Shown: positions 37,620 to 50,225 of the stretch, piece after piece
Position numbering within the stretch: position 1 is the first letter of the stretch
Layout: each line of letters starts with the position of its first letter
Assembly: GCF_018977255.1 (NCBI RefSeq)
Contig: NW_024704742.1
Coordinates: forward strand, 87,546,001 to 87,610,000
DNA: 64,000 nt
Reading direction: 5' to 3'
Origin: Callorhinchus milii
Lineage: Eukaryota
The notes under the pieces: model-generated
The model's database searches: none
Seen by the model: only the letters and a program-made list of their open reading frames with translations
Told to the model about the DNA's origin: nothing
Made by a program: the position numbers and the translations under genes

Positions 37620-40600
37620 CCCCCCCCCCCCTCCCCAGGGCTCACATCAGGGACCACCATGGTCCTGTTGGGTTGGCTGCCCCAGCCTATGGGCTAATGC
37701 CATCCACCTGACCGCTCGCTCCCGGTCCCCGCGTGCGCACTATGGCTGCCGCTTTGACCCGAGCCCCTTCACCCCCTCCCTCCCTCTCCCCTCCTCACTC
37801 CCCCTAAACCCTCCCCCCTCTGCATCTCTCCCGCTCTGTCCTCCTCTCTCCGTCCCTCTCGCCTTCTATCCCCACTTGACCCTCCCACAACCTCCCTCTG
37901 TTCCAGCCTGGGAATCCTCCGCCGGGCTCACCGCGGCACTCGGCGTTGGCTGTCCAGCAGCAGCCACACCGACTGCCCCATTCCCCACCACACTCGCCAG
38001 CCACCCCGGACACAGACCCGGGGAGCCAACCTCTCCTCCCTTATCCCCATTCCCCCACCCCTGCCTCACAACCTGGACCCCCCTCCCCTCCCACACACCC
38101 TTCTGTCAACCGCTCCCTCCACATCGGACTACAAAACGTCCGCTCCCTCTGTAACAAGGCCCTGGTCATCAACGATCTCATCCTTGATGAGAGTGTTGAC
38201 ATCATGGCCTTAACGGAAACCTGGCTCACCCCAGGCGACACCTTCCCCCTCACGGAGGCCACACCACCCGGCTACACCTCCCACCACATCCCTCGCCCCA
38301 ACCGCCGTGGCGGTGGTGTAGCCCTTATCTCAAGGACACCACTTGCCCTATCCCCCTACTCCTCTGGCTCTTTCCCCTCTTTCGAGCACCTCACCCTCTC
38401 CCACACCTCCTTCCTCTCACTCAAAATCCTCCCCCTAAAAATCCTACCCCTAAAACCTCTCCCACCTTCATCTCCGATATTTCGACACTTCTTACATCTC
38501 TCTGCCTCTGCTCTGATCGCCTCATCATCCGGGGCGACTTTAACCTGCACTTCACCCCCTCCTGCTCCATCTCCTCAGACTTCTCTTCCCTGCTCTCCTC
38601 GCTCAACCTCTCCCTCCACATCAACTCCCCCACTCACAGTCACGGCCACCCACTCGACTTGGTGATCACCCGGGGCCTCAGTGTCTCAGATGTCACTATC
38701 ACCGACAAAGCCGTCTCCAATCACCACTTCATCTCCTTCACCACCTCCACCCACCTCCACCAGACCCACCATGATCTTCTACCGCCCTTGGAAGAAGTTA
38801 CCCCCACAATCCCTAACCGCTGCCTTGGAGTCCTCTGAACTCCTCTCCCTCTGGCCTTCAACCCTCACTGACCCCTCTTCTCCTCTCACCCTCCTCCACA
38901 ACACCCTCTCCTCCACACTCGACACTCTTGCCCCCATCACCTCCCGTACTGTCTCCTACTCTCGCTCCTCCCCCTGGTTCACCACCCACCTCCGCTCACT
39001 GAAGAGCCAGGTGCGGGCCGCTGAACGCACCTGCGTCAAATCTGGCCTAACGGTCCACCGACAAATCTGGCTGGACCTCCTCAAAATCTACCGCTCCACT
39101 CTAGCCTCGGCCAAGTCGTCCTTCTACTCCAGGATAATCCTGGAGGCGAAGAACAACCCCAGGCTACTGTTTTCTACCACATCCCGACTCCTCCGTCCAC
39201 CCCGCGCAGGTCATCTCCTCCAACCTTCACTGCGAGGAGATGCTGGATTTCCTTGAATCCAAAATCAAGGGAATTCGCTCCGCGGTCACTTCCCCTCCAA
39301 CATCCACCCACCCCCCACCCCCTCCCTCCCACACTCCGACTCCTACCCATCCTCCCCTACACACTTTCGTACCCGTTTCCCCACCCTCTGTCACCAAACT
39401 CATCCTATCCCTGAAACCACCACCTGCTCCCTTGACCCCATCCCCACTCCACTCCTTATCTCCCAGCTCCACCTCCTTGCCCCACATATCACAGACATCG
39501 TCAACCTGTCCCTCTCCTCTGGCTCTGTTCCCATTCCCTTAAAAACTGCCACCATCACTCCCACCTTGAAAAAACCCTCCCTTGATGCGTCGCAGCTATC
39601 AAGCTACCGGCCCATCTCCAACCTCCCCTTCCTGTCCAAGGTCCTTGAAAGAGTTGTCGCCTCCCAGCTGCGCTCTTTCCTCTCCACCCATTCATTATTC
39701 GAACCCCTTCAGTCGGGTTTCCGTGCTGCCCATAGCACAGAAACTGCCCTGGTCAAGGTCACCAATGACATCCTGACCATCTGTGACCAGGGCTCCCTCT
39801 GCCTCCTCGACCTATCGGCAGCATTCGATACGGTCGACCACGCTATCCTCCTCCACCGCTTGTCCTCCCACCTCAACCTTCAAGGCCCTGTCCTTGAGTG
39901 GTTTAGGTCGTACCTCTCCCACCGTCTTCACTTTGTTACCACGAATGGCTTTTCCTCCACCCCGCACTGTCTCGTGCGGTGTCCCTCAGGGCTCTGTCCT
40001 CGGTCCCCTCCTCTTCACCCTCTATATGCTCCCCCTTGGTGACATCATCCGCAGACATGGGGTTAACTTCCACATGTATGCGGATGACACCCAACTCTAC
40101 CTTTCCTCCTCTACCCTCAACTCCACGACCACCGATGTCCTGACAGCTGCCTGTCCGACATCGAGTCCTGGACGAGAGACAACTTTCTTCAGCTCAACGT
40201 GCGAAAAACCGAGGCCCTCCTGATTGGCTCACGTCAGCGCCTCCGCACCTCAGGCGCTGACAGCATCAGCATCCAAGGCTGCACTCTCCACCTCTCAAAG
40301 CCAGTCGGGAACCTTGTGTTCTGTTCGACCCTGAGCTGTCCTTTCTCCCTCATATCCGCGCCACAACTGGCACCACCTTCCATCACCTCCGGAACATCGC
40401 CAGACTACGGCACTACCTCACCCCTCATGCTGCTGAAACTCTGGTCCACGCCTTTATCACCTTCAGCCTCTCAGCCCCTGGCTCTGGAACTCTATCCCCC
40501 AGTGCCTTCGCCTTGCCTCCTCCCTTTCCTCCTTCAAGGCCGGTCTCAAGACCTTTCTCTTTGACTGTGCCTTCAGCTCCCCTCTCGACTCTCTACCCCC

Positions 40601-40725
40601 TCCTCGCTCCCTCCCTTCCCTCCCCTCACCCTGACCATTCCCCCCTGCTCGAGTCCTGACCCAACTGTACAGCGCCTTGGGACGTTCTCCCGACGTATAA
40701 ATGGAACCTTGTTGTTGTTGTTGTT
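37620..40725 (+). mobile_element. Near-full-length L2-clade LINE, frameshifted, with an internal deletion
   Basis: [69 protein letters not shown]-rich strand; (TTG)n tail. 5' boundary approximate. Confidence 0.9.
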
Positions 40726-41192
40726 TCCGTGTGTGTCAGACATTAGGATGACCAACAAAACAGTCACCTCAAAAAATAGACAAGATCCAAATTCAGGATG
40801 ACTGGTTCAAAGTGCGTTGCCCGTGTGAGCAAAATGCAAGAATAAATCTCTCTCCATAGATGCTGACCTATTGCATGCTTCCAACGATTTCTGTTTTTAT
40901 TTCAGATTTCCAGCATCCGCAGTAGATTGCCTTTTGCAGGAATAAATCTGTTGCATAGAACAGGTGCAGAGTGACATCTGGTGGTAAGAGCAGCATTTTC
41001 ATTCAAGCTGGAGTTAAACTGGTGATGTCACCAGGTATATATTTTCCCAGAGCTTCGCAAAGACTTGGCAACTGTACACAGCTATTGTATGTGCAATAAA
41101 TACTTCATCACTAAAATACTTTTGCATCCATATTATCATCTGTTTAAACAATAATCATAAAAACCTTTCAAATGGGACTTTTGCGAGAATTT

Positions 41193-41512
41193 AATAATAT
41201 ATAATAATCCTTGTATTTGATGTAGCGCTTTTCACCGCTTCTCGACGTCTCAAAACGATTCAAAGAATAGACTGTAAAGTGAATTGAGCGTATATTTGTG
41301 GGCAAAACGCGGCAGCCAATTGCGCACAGCAGTGTCCCACAAACAGTCATGGATTGAAATGAACAATTTATTATTGTTTTGTTTTTGGAGGGATTATTAT
41401 TAGGCGTGTGGAGTAAGGAAACTTGCCCAAGGTTTCGCCCTGCCTGGAATTGAACCCAGGTGTCTCGCTTGCAAGGCGAGTGCTCTAACCACTGAGCTAC
41501 AGGACTCCACAA
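41193..41512 (-). mobile_element. Same SINE, short subfamily
   Basis: Full head, core and tail. Confidence 0.85.
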
Positions 41513-41869
41513 TCAATTTCAATCATCAATGTTCAACATCAAACAAATGAATGTCTCAACTCAAAACAAAGGCAAAATAAATACTGCAAATGTTGGAAAT
41601 CTGAAATAAAAATAGAAGTCGATAGGAACACTCAGCAGGTCAGGCTACATCTACGGAGAAAGGAAAGTGAGTTAATGTCTCAACTCTCCCACAAAACACA
41701 CTGTCACTACACTTTACTGTATTTTCTGTGAAGCGCTTTGAGATATCTCAAAGACGTGATAAGGTGCTCTATCAAATGCAAGGATTATTATTATGATTAT
41801 TAGCTCATTTGACTGTTCCAAATGTCAGCCATCGTTCTTCATCAGCAGCACTGGCTTCTGCTAAACAAT

Positions 41870-42130
41870 GTTTTTTGTTTCCATGCTGAGTGGCATGTGG
41901 AGGTTAAACTGGCCCCAGCCCTCCCAGAGTTAGCAAGGGTGAAACCAGCCAGGGCTCCTGTTCTTCGTCCTCCAGCACCTCTACTGGTTATACATATGCA
42001 TGGCAGGCAAACTCGGGAGGGGGCAGGCTCAACTGTGTCACTTTCTACAGTCAAGTAGCTTCCTGATATTCACTGCCAAGGCTCACACATGAACCATGGC
42101 CATTTGGGTGGGAAACAGGAAGGACAACCA
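41870..42130 (+). mobile_element. Old interspersed repeat, LF-SINE-like
   Basis: cactgccaaggctcacacatgaa (42071) is the exact reverse complement of 15961-15983; further diverged copies near 24180-24390, 34200-34500 and 56120-56420. Family name tentative. Confidence 0.45.
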
Positions 42131-42991
42131 GCAAGAGGAGGCTGGGTACCAGGAGCAGAGAGACATTTACCAATAGGGAGAAAAATAATTGGATGTATTA
42201 ATTTTTTAAAATAAAGGTTACTGTTAAAATGAAGGCATCAGAGTGAGCAAGCAAGTTCTTTTCAAGTGAGTTCTTGAAGCTATCCTGAGCAGTGTAAATG
42301 TCAAGTACCAGCTCCGCTTGATGAAGAGGACCATTGGTGGGGGTGATGCTCATTGTGTCCTTGCCTGGTATGTAGTCCCATGTTCTTGGTGCTGTACTGT
42401 ATTCATTTTCTGTGGTGTGAGTGGCATAAAATAAATCCTAATGTAGAGTCACTGCTTATTCCAAGCTTGCTGTTGCATCTCTGAGCTGTTCAACCCAACT
42501 GATAGAGCGCAAATTTTAAAGAAAGAATAATAGTTATCCCTTGAGATACATGTTTGCTGTTACAATTGGTGCTCTGTAGCTCCAAGAGACATCTAAATAA
42601 CCCACACATTTCATGGTTGTCAAAAAGATGGAACGTAAAACTGGATACATAGAGCATTAGTCATTTCATTACATAAAGAGCAATAATAAACTCACCCCAA
42701 CAGATTAAGTTTTTTAATTGGGCTCATTTCCTATTTTGTGCACTGTGATAACCAGTCTGAGAGACTGGCCGATCTCCTGAAGACCTAAATTAGAAATATA
42801 AAAATAATCAAAACCTTTTGCAGTTCCTGTTAATCCAAGCTGCACCTTAATATCATAGATAATAGCATATTCAAACTTAATAGCGTAGATGTATTTAAGG
42901 GGAAGCTGGATAGGTACCCGAGGGAGAAATGAATAGAAGGTTATGCTTGAAGGCTTAGTTGAGGAAGGGCAGGAGGAGGCTCATGTGGAGC

Positions 42992-43202
42992 ATAATAATC
43001 CCTCCAAAACCAAAAACAATAATAAATTGGTCATTTTCAATCTACGACTGTTTGTGGGACATTGCTGTGCGCAATTGGCTGCCGCGTTCGCCCACAAATA
43101 TACAGTCAATTCACTTTACAGTGTGTTCTGTGAAGCGCTTTGGGACGTCCTCCCGACGTGAAAAGCGCTATATCAAATGCAAGGATTATTATTATTATTA
43201 TA
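42992..43202 (+). mobile_element. 5'-truncated SINE inserted into a CR1 3' tail
   Basis: The host sequence gtggagcataa|acaccggcatagacc is split by the SINE core and (TTA)n tail. Confidence 0.82.
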
Positions 43203-46200
43203 AACACCGGCATAGACCAATTGGGATGGATGGCCTGTTTCTGTGCTGTATAATCTAATGTATTCTAATGTAATATTAGTGGAAAAGTGTTGGACAGGTC
43301 ACTCACTCGTAAACATCTGTTATAAGGACTATTTCGATCCTAGCCTAGGCTCCTATTTTCAAATTCCTTTTGCCTTCTGAAGCTCAGGTTGAGCATCTTA
43401 TCTACATTACTAGTGTCCAATGACTCCAAACTCACTGTCGACTCTCTCCTTATCAAATTCATTGGATAAGTTGTTATCTGACCCACGCGCCCATGTTTGG
43501 AGCATTAAGGATATCCTCCTTAGATGTAATCTTCCTGCCCGATATATTCCTGTTCAAGTTGATAACTAACAAAACAAATTCTTGTTTACTCCCGCAACAT
43601 GACGTGATTTTTAATCAGAAGAATAAATCACTCCTCCCCCTATGAAGTTTAATGTAAACATGCTGGACAGATTATACAGCCCACAGTGTAAAGGCACATT
43701 TTACACACTGGCAAGCAGAGATGCATCATGATAACACATTGAATACATTTACAAGGGAAGAAACAATTAGGGGAGGAGAAATCCTTATTCTCTTCCACAT
43801 GACCGCATAATTTCCTCTGATACACACATGCTTTACATTCGGACCACAAGATTGGTATGGATGTATAAGGTCCTTCGACCCATCTGATCTCATCCCTCCA
43901 GAACATCCACATACCGTCTCCCCATCACAGCTTCAAGCTACTTTTTAAATGAGTCCAGTGTTCCGTCCTCTGCCACCTTATCGGGCAAACTGCTCCAATT
44001 GTCGATTACCCTCTGTGTAAAGAAAGAAACTTCCTGGTATTTGTCCTAAAATTGCCCTTTAGAACTCTAAACCTGTGTCTTTTTATTCTACTGTCTACTT
44101 GTTCTACTTCTTGATATATCCTAAACTAATGATCTGGTTGACTTTTTCAGACAAATCTCTTCACTGGAAAAGCAGACCATGAGAAATGCACACTTACAAG
44201 ATCATTTGTACAAGAGGAAACAATTTATTACCAATGTATTTTACTTGGGAACCTCTCTGGTAATTTGTTTACGAGGCACTGTACATTACTTATCAGTAAC
44301 TGGCTTTTTAAAAAATATCAACAAACATTTACTCTGTCTTAGAAATGTCAGTAATAATTGAGTTAAAAAGAATATGATAGAGATTAACAACTGTAGACTT
44401 TGATTGGTGTTACACTATCTCCTCCCTCGATGCTGTCACAATGTTAAACCTGATGCCAGGCCACATTAGAGTCCTGGTTAACGGGATAACTTCACAAAAC
44501 AAATCCAGAATCCCACTTTAATCTGTGGGTGGAAAGTACAATGATGCCATGGACCAGCTTCAAACCCAACCATTGAGAGGTGGTGTGGGAATTGGCCCTA
44601 CCAACCAACCAATCTCTTCAGTTATTGACTGGTCTCATGGACACTAATTATCAATGATGTGATAATTGTAACAATAATAAACAATAATCCTTACATTTGG
44701 TTTAGCACCTTTCATATCAGGAAGATGTCCCAAAGTCCTTCACATGATTTAATAACAAATAAATTACAATCCTTGCATTTCATATAGCACCTTATCACGT
44801 ATTTGAGACGTCTCAAAGCTCTTCACAGAATATACTGTGAAGGGTGCTGCATGAATGCAAGTTGTTATCATTGTTGTAGTTTCCTTCTTTGCCAATTGCC
44901 AGTTACTTAACGAGTGGGAGAGGTGAAGGAAATCTATCCTGATGCTTCTGCCTATAATCACACTTTATTGTCCACTGAGAACAGCTCAGAATGGCTTGTG
45001 CACCAATTTACACTCATTCATTTAGCCTTCCCTTCAGTGACCAGGCTGAAGGTACCATTTACTGCAGAATCTGGAGTGTTATGCTATATGACTCTGACCC
45101 ACTGAACCACCAGGTCAACTTATAAATAGCACACATTCTTTACAATACACGAGAGGAGTTAATAACAACTTGTAGATAAAGCAAATATGCTAGTGCTTCC
45201 AATATTTCAGTCTTAATGCAGCATACCTTGGTGCATCTTTCAACAACAAAACTTCTAATAAGTATCTGTACGATGATGGAGTGAGGTCATGGATTGGAGG
45301 GTGTGGGGTGGAGGGGAGATATGATGTTCTATAGTCCTCGGCTTTTTCACAAATATTTGAAACTGTAGAGGAATCTGGAGGAAAAAAAANTCAGTCCGTG
45401 AACATAAGAGAGTAAAAGGGCAAATGTCCACTGAACCCTCAGTTATCAGTGATATCATTTCTTGAGCGCATGTTATCTAGGAATGTCCGAGTCATTGGAT
45501 CTCTGGAACTCCAGTGACAACTCCCCCAGGTTCCCTTGTTCTGCTGCACTGCCCGGCATCTGGTTAGCGACTGCAGGACCTGGGATTCGACTTTCCATGA
45601 CGTTTGTGAACAATATCACAGTAGTTTGCCATTAATTCAAAGCTAAAAGTCTTACAGGCAAGAGCTCAAATATATAGAGGGGAATTTTTTTTTGCAGAAT
45701 AAAAGATGAAATCATACAGATTAAAAGATGAAAGTTCTACAGGTAAAAGTGTGATAACTTTAATCCTGTGCCCTGTGCGTATGCCTGGCTCAGTTGGTAG
45801 AACTCTTGCTTCTGAGTCAGAAGGTTGTGAGTTCAAGCCTTGTGTCAAGACTTTGAAATCATATTGTTTAGGCTGCTATTCCGGTGCAGTGCTGGAAGAG
45901 TGCTGCATTGTTTGAGGTGGCATAACAAGGCCCCAGGGGTCCTGGTACAAGAATAGGTTAGGGGCCCCAAATTTTCCCAATTTGAACTCCAAAAGTTTGC
46001 TTACCTTTCCGGCACGTACCAGCTCACTTCGAGCCTAGGAGACAGGTAAGTATTTCCAAAATGGCTCAAATATTTTATTTGGTGGGGGGATGAGGTGGGG
46101 TCAGAGGTATGTTTCCAGCCCCAAGACATTCCACCGCCAGTGTGTTGGGCCTCTATAACCTTGTGGGCCCCCGAGCACGACTGAACCACTTGCACCATTG

Positions 46201-49174
46201 TAGTTACACCACTGGTGCCGTCTTTGGATAAGATGTAAAACTAGGGTCCCATTATCTTTTCAGGTGGATGTTAAAGATCCCATGATACTAATTGAAAAGG
46301 GAAGGGAGTTTCTCCTGGGGTCCTAGCCAACAATCCTCCAGATTAAATTGGTCATTCATTTCATGGCTGTTTGTGGGAGGTCACTATGCTCCAAATGGCT
46401 GTTGTGTTCACCCGCAAAATACACCATCACTGAGCTCTACAGTAAGTTCTGTGAAACTCTTTGAGCGTTCTACCAATATAAGACGCCATATAAAATGCAA
46501 GGATTACTTAGCAAATTCTAAACTAATACAAGATGATGTACACTGGAATATAAAGTAAATGTGCATACGTTTATTATAAATAGTGTTTCACATTTATAAA
46601 TGTATTTTTAACAAGGTATTATCCCAACCATTTATTTCTTTGTATTCATATGATCAAAAATATTCAAAGATGTTCCTGGTTATCAATGCTTTAAAAGTAA
46701 ACATTATAACTCTTACCTCCTTGCATTTCAGATCAGTATCATCTGAAAGATTGGAAGGAGAATTAGCCCCAAAGAACCTGGAAATGCCTTCAAATATATT
46801 TAGTGACTGACCAGACTGAAATTATTTAAAGATTTCTTGCCTAGTCTCATTTTTCTTTATCATATTTTAATAATTTTTCAATTATATTCTGCGTCAGACA
46901 TAATCACACATGGGCAGATAAAGGAAATATGGATTGGCCACTGATTTGTGTTATCTTATAAATTTTCCTATGGCCCAGAGTCCTATCCACATCTGCAATA
47001 TGAAATGTGATAAATATCACTTGGGTAATGTTGAGACTTTGTTCTTATAAATTCTTCAATGATCTGATTTTATCGCCAAACTTTTATTCCTGGTATTTGA
47101 ATATTGAATATTAAAGCACTTCAGACAGTCAGGTACTGCTCAGCCCGAACATGTGCCATTTGGCAGAGAACGTTGCTTGTTCTAATGTAGAGCATCTTTG
47201 AGCTGTTCGTTCAAGTTATTTCAAATTAGCACTTTAATGAGGTGCTATTTAATAGTGAATGTAACACCACACACTGGTGGTACTAAGGAGAGGAAAATGC
47301 AGGCCCAAGTTGAAGTATACAGACATGGGGTCGAAGTGGCAGTATTTCTTAATGGATTTTTTAATAAGGAATTCAGTTAGAAATGCCTTTTCTTTGAGAC
47401 CTCTACTTCAGAGGTAGATCTGATTGGAACAAAGTACTTCAAGTCACCATAGTGATGGGGAGCCAGTGGAGCTTGGCCAGAACTGGTGAGATGTGGGTAT
47501 AGAGTTTGGTCCGGGTCAGTATGCGGGCGGCAAAGTTCTGAATGAGCTGGATCTTTTGAATGGTGGAGCTGGGGAGACCGGCGAGTTATCCATTTGAGTA
47601 ATCCAGGCAGGTGGTGACAAACACATGCATGAGGGTTTTGGCTGCATTTGAGATAAGGTATGGTCGGAGACGGGCAATGTGGCGAAGGTGGAAGAAGGTG
47701 GTCCTGGTCAGGTACCAGATGTTGGGGAGGAAGGACAGATGGGGGTTGAACCGGACACCTAGTTCGGTGAGTGTGAGGGAGAGCCCAGGGAGGTTGAGGA
47801 GTTCAGATCTGTAGGATTGAAGATATTGATGGGAGCCAAGGAGTATGGCATCCGCATACGTGGGGAAGTTTACCCCATAACTGCGGATGACATCGCCCAG
47901 AGATTACTTGCTAAAATTAAGGCTCATGAATTAAAGGCACTATCATATAACGGATCGGAAATGGGTTGAGAAGTTGAGGCAGAAAGTTGGGATAAAAGGG
48001 ACATTCTCTGGTTGGTGGGCAGTAAAAACTTGTGTCAGGAATTGATACTGGCCCAGGGTTTCAACACTATATTTAATAATCTGGATATAGGAACAGAGGG
48101 GAGTTTTTCCATATTTGCGGACACAATTTGGAATAGACAGATCAATCAGCTATTTTGTTTTCTAAGTGAAGATAACAACTTTACAGTTTATAACTGGGTC
48201 TGGGATATTGTCTGCACCCAAAAATGCTCTCAGAGAAGCCATTTGATTGTTCAACTGAAAAGATGTGGTTGGTTTAAAAAAACAAGAAAGGCTATAAAGG
48301 ACATTGATTACTGAAATTAGAAGTGGTGTGCAACATTTCTTAAATATACCTGCAAAGATTAGCTTGTAAAGCCATTAAGATGTGTGAAAAAAATCCTGTG
48401 ACCAAATTTCCAAACTGTACTTGAGATTATTATTATTATTATTGTTATTATATTTATTATTGTGTATCTCTCTCACGTAGCAGCTTGAAGCTATGGGACA
48501 TTTTAGGATTGGCCTCGTGGAACATGGGTACCTCATGGGTAACTTTATTAGCGCCATGCCTTCAGCCACTACGCCCCAAAACTCTGGAACTCTCTCCCTC
48601 AATCCCTCCACCTTGCCCCCTCCCTCTCCACTTTCAAATCCCACCTAAAGACCTTCATTTTTGATCGTTTTTATGGTCACCTCCCTCTCCCCCTGGTTCG
48701 GGGTCAGACTCCACCATTGTCAAGCTCTCTGGGATGCTACCCCATGTGAAGGGTGCTATATAAATGCAAGATGTTGTTTTTTGTTGTATTAAGCATTACA
48801 ATGCTGACAGATCTAGGGAAACCCCTGTGTGTGCTAAAGCCAGTTGTAGTGCTCCAACTCCTGCCACAGCTGCGTCAGCGAATTTAGCTTAGTGCTGTGC
48901 AATCTGATCTGTGCAGCTCAAAGCCATTCAATGCTGTGCTTTTACCCACTAGTCCATTAGTATATCGATGTACAGATTAAATATGGCAGTAAACTTTAAA
49001 AACCTCAAATTAAATAGTTATTGGTGGTAGATCCAATTAATTTTGCCTGGCTGAAAACCATGATGGACGTACATAGTTCAGGAAGAAGCTTCCCCAATGG
49101 TTCAGTTGATAAACCCATTTCCAGGGTGAAAGTGATCCAAAAATCCCCCTTCAATGCTGTAATATTCTACAACT

Positions 49175-50225
49175 ACATATGTGTGCTTATGTTATTGTAG
49201 CTAGTCAGTCAGTGTAAAACATGCCCCTGGAACAGGAGCTGGATTGCTGCAACAATAGACTAGAAGATGCTTTTCTGTGATTCTATGCATATATAGTGTG
49301 TGTTAATGCAACTGAATAGTTAGTGCATAGGCAGGACCCAGGAGGACAGGACGTGATGTACTGACCGGTCAGTGTCTTTCTTTGCTGTAAAATTTGATGT
49401 ATATGCAGTGTGTGCCTTGGTGTGTGAATGTGATTGCAAGTGGCAGTCAGTGCAAAGCCACCTGGAGCACAGGACATGATGGATTGAATAGTCTTTTTCT
49501 GTGCTGTACAATTCTATACATATGTATTCTTGAGTGTTGTGTCATTGCAGCCAGACAGTCAATGCAAAGCATGGACCCTGGTGCACAGAACACAATGGAC
49601 TGAATGACCTATTTCTTTTCGGTACAATTGTATAATATGCATATACACTATACTATGTGTATGTGTGTGTTATGGCGGGCGGGCAATCAGTGCCTGCGGG
49701 ACCGGTCCCTGGAGCAGAAGACATTATGAATAGAATGACCTTTTTTCTGCACTGTAAAATTCTGTGTATATATAATAAAGTGTGTGCCTGGGTGGGCGTT
49801 ATTGCAGGCAGACACTCAGTTCAAAGCCTGGAGACAGGAGAGCATGGACTGAATATAATAATAATAATGTTTGCATTTGATATAGCGCCTTATTGCATCT
49901 TCGGACGTCTCAAAGCGCTTCACGTGATGTACTGTATTTTGTGGGCGAAACGCGGCAGCCAAGTGCGCACAGCAGCGTCCCACAAGCAGTCGCGGGTTGA
50001 AGTGACCGAACGATGATTTATCGGAAAGGGATTATTACGCCCGGAAAAGCGAATGGCGTTTCTGTGTTCTGCAGGTCCTCGAGTGTGCGTGTGTGTGCGC
50101 GGCACAGAGTGAGTGAGTGAGTGAGTGTGAGAGTGAGTGAGTGAGTGAGTGAGATGACAGTCAGTGCAAAGGCTGGAGACAGAGAGGACTGAGCAGAGTG
50201 AACTGCTTGATGGACTGTGCGGTGT
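49175..50225 (+). repeat. Degenerate ~115-130 bp tandem array upstream of DMRT1
   Basis: Recurring gtgtg..attgcag..cagtcagtgcaaagc..cctggagcacagga..atggactgaat..tttctgtgctgtacaattct, about 6-7 units. Confidence 0.75.
49855..50050 (-). mobile_element. 5'-truncated SINE about 0.5 kb upstream of the DMRT1 ATG
   Basis: (TAA)n tail and core; GAAT on both flanks (49851 and 50051). Confidence 0.82.

Noticed and set aside
49618..49634. DMRT1 autoregulatory site (ggtacaattgtat)
   Set aside because: One base too long for the ACA(A/T)TGT DM-domain core, so not supportable.
49175..50225. CRISPR-like repeat-spacer array
   Set aside because: Vertebrate DNA, highly degenerate long units, no unique spacers and no cas genes.
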